Source: Gracilinanus agilis (lineage: Eukaryota). Taken from it: a stretch of DNA of 64,000 bases. Position 1 is the stretch's first letter. Each line of letters starts with the position of its first letter. The translations under genes were made by a program, and so were the position numbers. The stretch covers positions 525,897,012 to 525,961,011 of the forward strand of contig NC_058130.1 in NCBI RefSeq assembly GCF_016433145.1. The letters are read 5' to 3'. Shown here piece after piece: positions 51,910 through 63,913 of this stretch. The notes beneath the pieces are model-generated. The model saw only the letters and a list, made by a program, of their open reading frames with translations. It did not search any database and was not told the origin of the DNA.

Positions 51910-52172
51910 AGGAAGCTGTGGCTCAGTGCTTAAGAGCACTGGGTCTGGCATCAGGAAGATCTGAATTTAAATGTGGCCCCAGATACTTCCTAACTCTGTG
52001 CCCTGGGCACTTAAACTCTGATTGCTCAATAAAGGGATCCACTGGATCCACTGGAGAAGGAAGTGGTAAACCACTCCAGTATCCTTGCCAAGAAAACACC
52101 ATGGATAGCTTATGGTCCATGGGATCACAAAGAGTTAGACATGACCGAATGACACAAAAACAATATCAATGA
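51910..52172 (+). mobile_element. MAR1-type CORE-SINE with internal 'ggatccact' duplication
   Basis: 'ctggagaaggaagtggtaaaccactccagtatccttgccaagaaaacaccatggatag...ggtccatgggatcacaaagagttagacatgac'. Confidence 0.85.
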
Positions 52173-52304
52173 CAAAGTTAGGCTATGCTTCATTAATCAG
52201 TATTGCTGCTCCTATATTATCTTTTAAGGGCCATATCATTACCATGTTGCCTTTTCTGAATTATGGCAGGTTTGCTGTTTTTATAACATATCATTATTTA
52301 TGAG

Positions 52305-52520
52305 TCAGGCCTGCAGTCAAAAAGCCTTGAGTTCAAATTTAGCCTCAGACACTTATTAGCCATGTGGCGTTGGATAACTCACTTAACCCTTTCTGCCTCA
52401 GTTTTTTCATCTGTAAAATGAACTGGAGAAGGAAATGATGAATGACTCCAATGTCTTTGCCAACAAGTTCCTGAGAGGGGTCACAAAGAGTTAGGACTGC
52501 AAACAATTGAACAACAGTTA
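52305..52520 (+). mobile_element. MAR1-type CORE-SINE
   Basis: 'gagttcaaatttagcctcagacacttattagc...ctgcctcagttttttcatctgtaaaatgaactggagaagg'. Confidence 0.82.
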
Positions 52521-52741
52521 AAAAAAACCTTAAAATACTACATTAAGCCTAGCTATAATGTTCAAGTCTTTAATTTTAAAAGATGAGAAAATGAAGCCCT
52601 TAGAGGTAATGTGAGTCTTCCAATGTTACATATTTAATCAAAGGATGATAAAACACTTATTATTTATGAATCTGGCTCTTCATTAAACAATGTGCCTACC
52701 CTATTTACTCAAAATAAACCATATCAAGTTATCTTGTAGCC

Positions 52742-52923
52742 TAGGGGTCAGCAAAGTTAGGCTCATGAGTCAAAGCCAGCCTACCACCTGGTTTTGTATA
52801 ATTTGGGAGGTAAGAATGGTTTTTACATTTACAAGTACATTTGCACTTAACAAATTACATTTATAAAAATTATTATCCTATGTACAACTATACAAAAATG
52901 TTGCTGTAATTTGTTGACTCCTG
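52742..52923 (+). mobile_element. MER58/Cheshire-like hAT MITE
   Basis: TIR remnants 'taggggtcagcaaa' / 'tttgttgactcctg'; diagnostic 'taagaatggtttttacattt'. Confidence 0.75.
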
Positions 52924-53614
52924 TCTTAGTCTACTCTTATTCCAGTCTTCTGCACCATATTACCTCCCCAGAAGCTGTGCTTATGAGTGTCCTTATGGAA
53001 TTTGTTTTGAATTCCATGATATGTTTTCCCCATTTCAGCTTGTTAGAAATATAATACTTTATTATAATAATCTCATTCAAACTTCACATCAATCTTTTTT
53101 CCTAGTTAATAGAAATTTGCTAAATAAAATAATGGTTTATAATTCGTTGTTTCTTTTAGTGATATATTCACTGCCCTCCCCCGCTTTTTTTAGCCCTGAT
53201 AAGTATATTTGTGTTCTACAACATGGTTGTAGCCAATTCATTCTTGACATCTCAGCTATTCAGCTGATTCCTCTCTATGAAATCTAACCAATCTAACCTG
53301 ATCTTCCCATCTGAATTAAAGTAATCTATTCATACTCAGATGTCTCATAACATTTTTTGTCCCTCATGTATAATTATAGTATTCAAATTTTATTAGAATA
53401 ACACTAATCGCTAACATTTATGTAGCGCTTTAAGATTTGACTAGCATTTATGTACCATTTTCCATCTCTACTCCTAGATTGTAGACCCCTAGAGAACACG
53501 GTGTGTGAGTTATTCATCTTTGCATTTCCTGGCTTAATTGGTATTCATGTTTAATTGAATTGGAAGTGTTTTTTTCAAGTGGCAAAGAATAAAATATTGA
53601 AGTCAATTATCAAT

Positions 53615-53820
53615 TTAAAAAAACCCCAAACCTTTACCTTCTCTCTTAGAATTGACATTAAGTATCAATTCCAAGGCAGAAAAGTAGTAAGGGCTAGGTA
53701 ATTGGGATTAAGTGACTTGCCAACGGTCACACAGCTAGGAAGTGTCTGAGACCACATTTGAACCCAGGTCCTCCTGACTTAAGGCCTGACTCTCTATCCA
53801 CTGGGCTACCTCGCTGCCTC
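53615..53820 (-). mobile_element. SINE1_Mdo-type SINE (older)
   Basis: 'cctttaccttctctcttagaattgac...ttccaaggcagaaaagtagtaagggctagg'. Confidence 0.88.
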
Positions 53821-55529
53821 AAACAATGTTCTCTTCTAAGAGCAAATATGCAAAAAGTTTCATTGGCAAGAGAATGCTGAGGTCAGCCAGGACACCAAAG
53901 GATCATAGATTTAGAACCAGACAGAACCTTATAGAGTGTCTGGTTCTATCCTTTTACTTTACAGATAGGAGGAAGTGAGACCAAAGGAGATTAAATCACC
54001 TGCCCCAAGTCATACAAATGATAAATTAGTAACAGAGCCAGGATACGAACCCAGGTTCTTTGACTCCAAATACTGCAATCTTCCCATGTTCCCACATTGC
54101 CTCTATCAAAATCCTATAATCTAAGCAAGTGATCTACTTGAAGGACCAACAAAGAAGACAAATTAAGACATCTTAAGCATTTTTTGGCATGGTTGTATTT
54201 ATGTGATGCTAATGTCATTTCAAACTCCAAATTAAGTTTAAAGTTTACAGAGAAACAAATAGTGTTTGACTCTTGGGATAGATATAACAACAAAAATAAC
54301 ACAAGTAGCCTATTGAATAGTTCCATTAGTTGAAATTATGAAATTTAACAATTGTTGAACATTATGGATCAAATCTGAGCCATGGTTAAAATATACATAT
54401 AAACCAGGTTGATTTCACTTTGTCCTTAATATTCTAGAAATCACTATTTTATGTCAGACTGCTTAATGTTAGTGTTAAACAGTCAGTCAAGAAGTCAAAT
54501 TTAACTAAGAAGTCAGTTATTTACTTAATGTTAATAATACCTAAATAATATTTGGCAGGTATCTTTTCTCCATTTAGATTCACAGAACAACTTCAGTTTA
54601 GGTAAAATTTCAACAGCAGACACTAGGTAGGATGATCATACAACACCACAGAAACAGATATTGTGATGGAAAGTACCTTAGAGAGTCAAGCTAGTATGAT
54701 TCATTCATTTTGCAGGGGAGGAAGCTGAGGTTCAGAGACATTATATGAGTGTTCAAGGTCACGCAGATTATAAGTAGCACAGAAGAATTTTGAATCCAGG
54801 CCTTCTGGTCAAAGCCCAGTGTTTGAGACTAGATTATTTCTTACTTTGCCTGATAACGCATTAGATATTTGAAATTACAGTTTTGTATGAAACTGCTCTT
54901 TGCTTAGTTTTGTCAAAAGACATCAGGGAAATATTCAAGATATGATTTAAATATTATAAAAGTCAAATCAAGATTAAAATGTCTATTAGAGATAGTCTAT
55001 AACAGTCTTGTTCATTCTCCTCTGTTACAGTAAAATGACAGGACTGTTTTTTTATGAAATTTTGCTTTTGTCTTAAAAAGATAATATTAACTCTAATTTT
55101 CTTTAAATGTAAGTATATTCAATAGATGAGCATTTTCTTATATTTATAGCAGTCTCAATTCTTTGCTCTACAGATTGCTCTCATGTTGTAGAGATTTTCC
55201 AGGAAATTTGGTTTTAAATCAAATTTTTGTAAACAAAATCTGAATCTCTCATGATCTAGTTGCTGATACAGTGGTAACACTAGGAGTTGAGCACACCATG
55301 ATACTTGCAGTAAATTACACTCTTCATTTAACAATCCAGATTTTCATTTAAATGATGTAAGCACTTTTTGGTACTATATTGAAACTGGATCATTTCTTTT
55401 CCTTTTGGCTACTTTATTGAATCCACTGGCTATGTGCTAAAAACCAATAAAAATTCTGTTCTGAAGAGGAAAAAATATACCTTTCATCTTATAGCTCTGT
55501 TAAAGAGATGCTAAGTTTGATGAAAGAGG

Positions 55530-56810
55530 ATTTAGGTAAATTCAAAGAATAGAAATATCAACTTGGAAGGCTATAAGGAAGCACATGGTGGTTCTAGTGT
55601 TGTTCCCCAGTGATTTGTACTTGGCTTTGGGTTACTGAATGTTTTTTATCAAGGACTTGAATGAAAGCTCTTAAAGACAGCTCATCCAATCACAAATGAC
55701 CCAAAATAAGGAGGAATAACCAACACATTTACCAATGAAGTCAGGACTTTAAACATATTGTAAGCCAAATCTAATAATATAAAATTTAGTAGGTACAAAT
55801 GTAAAATCTTTCATAAGGGATTTAAAAAATCAACCTCCTAAATACTAAAAGTGAATGATAATAGTTCCTCTGCAAAAATTCTTAGGATCATATCTGTAGT
55901 CCTCATAGTTCAGTGAATTCAATATTCCATTTTACTGAAGAAGAAACAGATACCCAGAAAGTTTAGTTGATGACTAAGTTTACTCAGTTAGTGGCAAAGC
56001 CTGAATTTCAAAGCAAAATCTCTGACCTCTAAATGCAGGACCCTTTTCCTTAGCATGTGTTGCATTCCCTAAAAATCTGGGAATTTTAGTGGACTGAAAG
56101 CTCAGAGTGAGATAATAGTTTACCATGGTAATCAAACAAGGTACCTGAAACTAAGGTAATTAAAAGAGAAACATAGAGTCTGGGTCTAGGGAGGTGGCAG
56201 TCCTGCCATTCTTTGTCCTGGTCAAATTATTTCTGGAGGATTGAGCTCAGTTCTAGGGACCATATTTTGGGGTGGACATGAATTAGCTAAAAATAGTATA
56301 GAGATGAGATCATAAAAGCAAGTGCTGGAGACAAGTCTTGTATAGCCCTTTCATATAACAGATGAAGAAACTGAGAACAATGGAAGTTGTTCATACATAC
56401 ATACTCATAGGGAGGTTTTGAAATGAGGTCCCTTAATTTTTTGCTCCTTTGAATTATGTTACAACTAGTATAGCAAAGGGCATCATCATCTTGCCATCTG
56501 AAGATTGATTAGAAGAACTTTAATTGTTCATTATGGAGAAGTAAAAAATTATGCAATGACAGAACAGCTATCTTCAAATATCTGAAAGACTCATATGGAA
56601 GAGTAATTAGATTGATCTGCATGATGTCAGAAAGTAGAATTAAGAACAAGGAATGAAAGTTGCAGAGAGAAAGATTTAGGCTTGATATAAGGAAAAAAAA
56701 CTTCATGAAAATTAGGGCTATCAAAAAGTAGAATGACTCAATGGGTTCCTTGTCATTAGATGTCTTCAACTATGGACAGGATGACTATTTATTGAATGTG
56801 CAGTAGAGAC
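55530..56810 (+). mobile_element. L3/CR1 LINE fragments (interrupted by MIR pieces)
   Basis: 3' block 'gaaagttgcagagagaaagatttaggcttgatataagg...gggctatcaaaaagtagaatg' and upstream RT-region remnants. Confidence 0.75.
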
Positions 56811-56823
56811 AATTATTGTCTAT

Positions 56824-57072
56824 AGCTAGGAGGTGCAGTGGATAGAGTACTGGATCTAGAGTTAGGAAGACCTGATTTCAAATCTGACCTCAGATACTTA
56901 AAAGCTCTTTGACACTGAGTAAGTTACTTAACATAGTTTGCCTCAGTTTCCTCATCTGCAAAATGAGCTGGATAAGGAAATGGCAAACCATTCCAGTATC
57001 TTTGCCAAGAAAACCCCAAATGGGATTAAACAGAGTCAGACACAGCTGAAATGACCAGACAGCAGTAACAAT
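56824..57072 (+). mobile_element. MAR1-type CORE-SINE
   Basis: 'gctaggaggtgcagtggatagag...gcctcagtttcctcatctgcaaaatgagctgg...ccagtatctttgccaagaaaacccc'. Confidence 0.9.
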
Positions 57073-57653
57073 GTGGCCCCTGAAATCCTTTCCAACTCTG
57101 GGATTCTGTGATACTAGAAGCTGATGTTAGTAGTTGCTAATTGACGAAGAAATAGAGTTAGGGATGACATTTAAGATTTTGTTGGTATGGGAAACTTCCA
57201 GATGAGTAAAACCCTTCTACCAATATAACTTCTCTGCAACTTAGCTGTCTATATAGCACTAAGAAGTCGGATAACTTGCTGAGGGTCACAGAGCCAGTGT
57301 GGTACTTGAATCCATATCTTCTTTGTTCCTGGGGAGAGCTATACCATTGACTCCTCTAAACTGAAGTCATTTTCTAAAAGTAGAGGTATGTACTATATTG
57401 ATAAAGGGCAAATTTGGAGTGATTTTTACATTTGTATTCCCAAACTGCTGAATGATGCTGAAGAAAGTCACATCACCATATTAAATAAACCCACTTCAAA
57501 TTACATTTCCAAATTTCACTGGGATCTTTACCTGTAGATTTTATCAAGTTCCTCCCCTATTGAATAAACTCACCTTTTTGCCTTTCAGATAAAATAGGAA
57601 CTCTCTTGTTTGCCCTTTAAAACCCTTTATAATGTAACCTCAAGTTATCTTTT

Positions 57654-57655
<2 letters not shown>

Positions 57656-57732
<77 letters not shown>
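57656..57732. repeat. Compound (CT)n(TA)n microsatellite
   Basis: About 20 CT units followed by about 18 TA units. Confidence 0.97.
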
Positions 57733-57735
<3 letters not shown>

Positions 57736-57782
57736 TATAAAGTTTGAGGGGATATATATATCCCCTCAAACTTTATAATCTA
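57731..57782. repeat. Spacerless palindrome (42 bp perfect; 52 bp with one mismatch)
   Basis: tagactataaagtttgaggggatata | tatatcccctcaaactttataatcta; base-by-base pairing checked. Confidence 0.97.
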
Positions 57783-58049
57783 GACAAATTGACCAATCTG
57801 TTCCTTACATCCCACTCAGAGTCTTTGCCATTCACTAGGCCTCTTCCATTCATGTCTAGAATCCATTTCCTCCTCATTAGCCCACCTCCAAAAATTTCTT
57901 AGTGCCTTCAAGTCACAGGTCTCCCTTCTACATATAGGCTTTTCTGATCTACACAAGTGTTAGTGCCCTCCCTTTCCCTAAACACCTTGTATTGTATTAC
58001 TTTTTATTTATTTTGCACATTTTATTCTGTATATGTAACTCTCTGTAAA

Positions 58050-58234
58050 CTTAAAAAAAAACACCATTTCCTTCTGTCTTATTGATTCTAAAGCAGAAGA
58101 GTAGTAAGGGATAGGCAACTGGGGTTAAGTGACCTTCCTGGGTCACATAATGAAATGTCTTGAGACTGGATTTGAATCCAGGATCTCCTGTCTTTATGTT
58201 TAGAACTCTATCCACTGTATGACCTAGATGCCCC
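58050..58234 (-). mobile_element. SINE1_Mdo-type SINE (older)
   Basis: 'attgattctaaagcagaagagtagtaagggataggcaactggggttaagtgac...gacctagatgcccc'. Confidence 0.82.
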
Positions 58235-58689
58235 TTTCTGTGTGCACGTTCTCTCTGTGAATTCTCTTAGAATAGGAATGGTTTAATTGTTTGGTCCAGA
58301 GTTATAAAGTTCGGTCTAGAGTTATAAAGTCCAATGTTATAAATCTTTGTTGACAGTTTCCCCCTACATTTTGCTAAGCTTAGCTTATCCTCCTGCCTTT
58401 AGAATTAAGAGAACCCCCATTCTTCCTTATCCTAGTTCCCCTCTTCTTCCTGATTTTATGAAATATTACAACAATGTGCCTTGTAAAGTTTGACCTGAAG
58501 TTACAGCTAAAGAAGGCAAACTGAGAGGGGGAAAAAAGTTTTGTTTTGTTTTAAAGTCCATCAGGGAAGAAATAAGAGAGAGAACTCATTAACAGGCAGG
58601 GTAGAAATAAACAATATCTAGTACTGAATGACAAGTTGCTGTTGGGAGGTTAATGCCAAAAGGAAATAAGTGAATTCAAGGAATACAGA

Positions 58690-59300
58690 AACTCTCTGAA
58701 GTTAGGGATAATAGATAGCATCACATATTTGTACAATCTTGGAGCTTCAAGAAACCCTAGAGATTGTCTATTCTCTCACATACCTGAACAGGAAGTCTTT
58801 GTAAAACATTCCCCATAAATTACCATGTGGCCTATTTGAAAGCCTCCACTGATGAGGAACCCATTTCCTCCCAAAGCAGCTGATTTCACTTTCGGGTAGC
58901 TCTGTTAGAATATATTATTTTTCCCCCTTTGAATGAGCTAAAATTAACCCATTTGCAACATTTACCTATTTCTCCTACTTCTGGCTTCTAGGGTAAAACA
59001 GATTAAGCCTAAAGCCTTTTCAACAAGACAAGCCATCAATTGTGATGTCCTTTCTGAATCTCCTCTTCTCTAGTTCCAAATCCCATCACTACTCTGTTCA
59101 TCTTCTTTAGATCATGCTTTCCCATTGCCAAAATTGTGTCTGGAACAATAATGAGATACTGCCTGACCAGGACAGAGTATATAACAGAACTATTATCAAC
59201 TCCTACTTTTGTAATGCAATCTTTATAGTATTAGTTGCTTAATTTTTTTTTAAATAACCATACCTCACAGTTGAAACATAATGAGCTTCCCATCCACTAA
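58690..59300 (-). mobile_element. L3/CR1 LINE fragments
   Basis: 'gcctccactgatgaggaaccc...cccaaagcagctgatttcactttcgggtagctct...aaacagattaagcc'. Confidence 0.6.
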
Positions 59301-60261
59301 AACAATAATAGTTTACAAATACATATATAGTCTTAGGTTTTGCAAAGTGATTTACCTACATTATTTAATTTAAGCCTTTCAGCCCAAGTCCTCCCCTGTT
59401 CTTGTCTTATCCTAATATGGCATTAACCCAAGGTCCTCAAGGCCTTTTAGATAAATTCAGTCTCTAGTTAAGTTTTGCTAAACTGAAGAGGCTTTAATAT
59501 GGGTCTGGTGATAGTGATGCTGATTTCCCAAGGAACATCCTAGCTAAGTTCAGAGGATCTCATCACCACATTGACTAAAAGGTAATGCATTTTTTCAGTC
59601 ACCAGAACTCCCAAGTACTATTTATTAAGTCATAGCAGGGTTGTACTCAGTATTAACAAAAGGAATATTCAAGTCAATCAGATTATAAAAAGTATGAATA
59701 TTGATAGGAGCAACAACACTCTGAGGTAGATAATCCAAGAGGTATTGTCTCCATGTTGTAAAGAAAGAAACTGAAACTCAGAGAGGTTAAATGACTTTCT
59801 TTAGATTACATCCAGTAAGTAAGAGAGCCAATCTCTCTAACTAACCTAACCAAGTGCTTTTTCTACAATACGTTAAGGCCTTCCTTTCTTCCTTCCCTCA
59901 AAAGAATAAGTTTTAATGGTGAGGCAAAATCTAATTATAATAATAATTGTAATTATTATTATTATTAGTAATAGCTAGCATTTACATAGCACTTCAAAGT
60001 TTGCAAAGAAAGTTTGCAAAGTAATCTAATTTTATCCTCACAAAACCCTGGGAAGTCAGTGTTATTATTTTGCCCATTTTACAAATGATGAAACTGAAGC
60101 ATAAGAAATAAGAACAGTAAAGACTCTGTTAAGAAAGGAAACCTATACATATCACGGAAATCTGAGAAAGTACAAGATTTTTATATTGCTCCCAAGTTTC
60201 CAATATAGACTCTATTCTTTCTTTTGTTGTTTATTCAAACTGTACTTTAGAGTGAAACCAT

Positions 60262-60850
60262 GAATACCCCTTGATCCAGTGATGCCCCTTCTATAACTAT
60301 ACTTCAAAAAGATGAAAGAAAGGAAAAGGACCAATATGTACAAAAAATATTTTTGGCAGCTCCTTTTTTTGTTTGTTTGTTTGGAATAGCAAAGGACTGG
60401 AGACTAAGAGGGAACCAGGGGAATGGCTGAACAAATTGTGCATATGAATGTAATGAATACTAGTGTGTCATAATCAGTGATGAAATTCATGGTTCAGAAA
60501 AACCTGGGAAGACCTCTCTGAACTAATTCAGAATGAGGTAAACAGAACCAGAATAATAATAGAAACATGTTAAAGATTAAAACAACAACAACAAAAACTG
60601 TGAAAGACCTAAGATCTCTGATCAAGTCAATGATCATGATTCTAGAGAATTAATAATGATCTGTGTTAACTCACCTTCTGATAGAGAGATAAATATATTC
60701 AAAATGCTGAAGGAGACATGTATTTTTGGACATGGATACTATGGAAATGCATTTTGTTTGAATATTAATATTTGTTATGAGAGTTCATTTTTCTTTTAAA
60801 TCTACAGAGGTGGGGGGAATGCATGTTAATTGAAAAATAAGATAAATGTA
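60262..60850 (+). mobile_element. L1 ORF2 3' end / 3' UTR fragment
   Basis: 'ttgatccagtgatgcccc...aaggaccaatatgtacaaaaaatattt...gaatggctgaacaaattgtg...gacctctctgaactaattcagaatgag'. Confidence 0.82.
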
Positions 60851-61756
60851 AGATAGTATGTATGGGGTTTGTGCCCTTGGCCATTTCATATATATATATA
60901 TATATGCACATATGTATGTATTTATATAGATATGCCTAAACCTATCCTATTATAATGTAAGTTATTTATTATAAAAAAGATGAAATTATGAAGCATTCAT
61001 TAATTTTGGAATATCAAAAGCTCATGTAGATAGTGACATATTCAATATGAATAGGGGAACACATGGAAATAGTTAAGAATCACTGACCTTTAAAAAAAAT
61101 TAACCCTTGAAGAACTTAAAACTATGAAGCAAATGCCAGAATCTAATAGACTAGATTATTGCAATCTAAATTGCAATCATTTTTCCTATGTCTGTATATG
61201 CCTTGGTGTCATGCTTACATTTTTCAGAAGTGTTCAACCTTTCTTCTTTTTTTGTTGACATTTATAACAGCATTTATACAGTGTTTTAAGGTCCACAAAG
61301 TGTTTTCCTTAAATTGTTATCTTACCTGATCGTCACATTAGCTCTGTTATATAGGTGCTATCATTATGTCAGTTTTACAAATGAGGAAACTGGGGCTTAG
61401 GTAAGTTAAAATTAAGAGTAATACAGTTATTGTGTGAGACAGGATTCTATCTCATGTCTTCCTGATGCTAAAACCAGTATTAATTAAGACTAGTTTTAAT
61501 ATAACTTTAAACAAATATATCATCATTTTTTATTCCTAAGAATTTAACATGTATTCAGTTCAATGTTTCATGGCATTTAGACTAGAAGAGCAATTTAGAA
61601 GACATTCCATTGAACCACTCTCAATATACAGATGAGGGACATGAGATCTACAGAACTGATGTGACTTGTCCAATGTCACATAGGTAGTAAACATAAGAAT
61701 ATGGTTTCAAACCCAGGACCTTTGACTATAAACGCAGTGCCAACTCTATTACATTT

Positions 61757-61956
61757 TATTTTATTTATTTGTTTTTTATTTTAAACCCTTAACTTCTGTG
61801 TATTGGCTCCTAGGCAGAAGAGTGGTAAGGGTAGGCAATAGGGGTCAAGTGACTTGCCCAGGGTCACACAGCTGGTAAGTGTCTGAAGCCAGATTTGAAC
61901 CTAGGACTTCCTGTCTCTAGGCCTGACTCTCAATCCATTGAGCTACCCAGCTGCCC
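61757..61956 (-). mobile_element. SINE1_Mdo-type SINE (young)
   Basis: Full-length near-consensus copy; perfect 13-bp TSD ctctattacattt (61744-61756 / 61957-61969). Confidence 0.96.
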
Positions 61957-63829
61957 CTCTATTACATTTAAAAAAGAAAAATACCCTTTATAAAACTCAA
62001 ACTTTTATCCTAATATTATTAACTCTACACTAATCAACTGAGGCAATCCATTCAGCTAAACCCATCTGGGTTATGAAAATTATAACTTTGTGACATAAAT
62101 TTGGACATATCTATATCAAGTTCATTTATCTAGAATAAGAAAATCTCATCAAAATTGTGGATTTTAAAATAGTTTCAGAACAGTTGGGGGAGAACACATT
62201 TGTATTTATTTGAAAGAATCCTTTGCAAATGAATAAGGTTAAAGGAGACATTTAGTCAATTAAACAGATAATACTATGATTCCATGGTACGCTCAGCTGA
62301 ATAATAATTAGTTATATAAAAATGTCTTGTTAAGTACTTTATATTATGGCACATTTAAAACTATCAAGTCTTTTAAGGTATTTTTTACAACTGGAGGTTG
62401 TACAATACTTTATTCCTCATTACTAAATTGCTTTGAATATTATCTATACAATGCAGTATAAGGCATACACATGTACAGAAATATGTAGCCAAGTTTTAAT
62501 AATAAAAAGAATAAAAGAGAATGGTTTTAAAAAAAACTACCCAGCCTCCTGTCACTGTGACTGGATTAAATATAATTAAAACAGCTTCAAAACACAGCCA
62601 AACCCAAAGATATGTAAGACTGTATTGTGAAGAAAATGACTGCCAAATTGTAAGCCAAGAACAGATTGGTGACTTAAGAACTTTAAAATTAGTTCTAAAG
62701 TGTTGGTTCAGTAGTTTGCCTCATAATAACCTGTTGTTACAACACCTTCCCCTAAATACTACAGCATAACTAAAAATTGCATAAAATTCTGTTAAAATGT
62801 GAAAGCATGGACCCTGTGGTTGTTTTATGAACACCCTGGTTATAACTAATGATACTGTCTTCAAGAGCAACTACATAGTGCAACTAAATCATTTAGTACT
62901 AACAATGAGATGCCCGGCACTCATGAATTGAAGGAAAGTATGTTTCATTAGACAGATAAGAAAGTCCAGATGTATAGATGGGCACCTATATGTAATTTGT
63001 CTAGTTCTATAAATGAATTGGCAAACAAGCATAATGATAGGCAGCAAGTATCTGTACTTATAAAAACCTATTCAAGGAGAATAACTTTACTTCAACAAAG
63101 TCCAACAGCATGTGCACAGACCCATGAAAGAAATTCCAGGTTCCACCAGACCAATGTTCCACTATAAGTGAAGACCTACAACCTCTCCTTGGAATTCTAC
63201 CATGTCCTCTCCAGCAAGGCTCTGCCTAAAGAAGTACTTTACTACCTTGTCCCAAGCAAGGAGCACTTAGCAGAATTGAGGATGTCAGTGTGGAAGCCCC
63301 TCCTCCTCCTCCTGGCCAGTCATCTCCGCTTTGGGTCTTTTGAAAGACATCTCTCCACCTTCCCCTCAGAAAATAAGAATGAACTGACACAAATATCGTT
63401 TCCCCTCTTCTTCTCTCCCTCCCTCTCTTCAAGTGAAAACTCTGAAGTGGGCAACAAGCTCTAAAAAACTGAAAACCCCGGCGACCCTCAACCTCAACCC
63501 CAACCCCCCACCTTTGCCCTCTTAGCCATTTGCCTTGACACCGCCGTGCATTGAAATACTGGGAACCACTGCTTACCACTGCGGCCAGGGAAATAAACCC
63601 ATCCAGCATTTCCTTGTAAACACTCCTCGGTCAGTTTCCCTAAGTGAGGAACATCTTTCAGTGGGGGCTTTGAGACCCCGACTCCTAAGCCACTCTCCCT
63701 CCCGCCTGGCCTCGACGAAGGAGAGACGCCAAAACAGTAATAACAAGGATGAGGAAAAGAATCGCTCGATACCTCCAGAGCTGCTCCTTTGGCTGCCTTC
63801 TCTCGGCGGTGGCCGATGCCACTGCCACT

Positions 63830-63856
63830 GCCGCCGCCGCCGCCGCTGCTGCTGCT
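63830..63856. repeat. Compound trinucleotide (GCC)5(GCT)4, preceded by (GCCACT)2
   Basis: Read directly from the sequence. Confidence 0.95.
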
Positions 63857-63913
63857 GGGAGGGCTGTCTGGGTGCTCGCTGCTGCCACTGGGCGCTGATC
63901 AGCTGATATTTAC

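Noticed and set aside
54575-55362. Plus-strand acceptor/donor pairs (e.g. catttag|...|gtaaaa and ctctacag|...|gtaagc)
   Set aside because: Mostly closed frames and no coherent plus-strand chain.
56509-56769. Hydrophobic 86-aa minus ORF
   Set aside because: Antisense of an A-rich L3/CR1 3' end.
59930-59968. (AAT)n/(ATT)n apparent palindrome
   Set aside because: Low-complexity trinucleotide tails next to a MIR fragment; imperfect.
63685-63888. 67-aa minus ORF with poly-Ala and a TM-like segment (YRAILFLILVITVLASLLRR), resembling a small membrane protein
   Set aside because: The start codon is GTG, there is no ATG in frame, an in-frame TAA lies just upstream, and no good acceptor is present. 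The hydrophobicity is explained by an A-rich plus strand.
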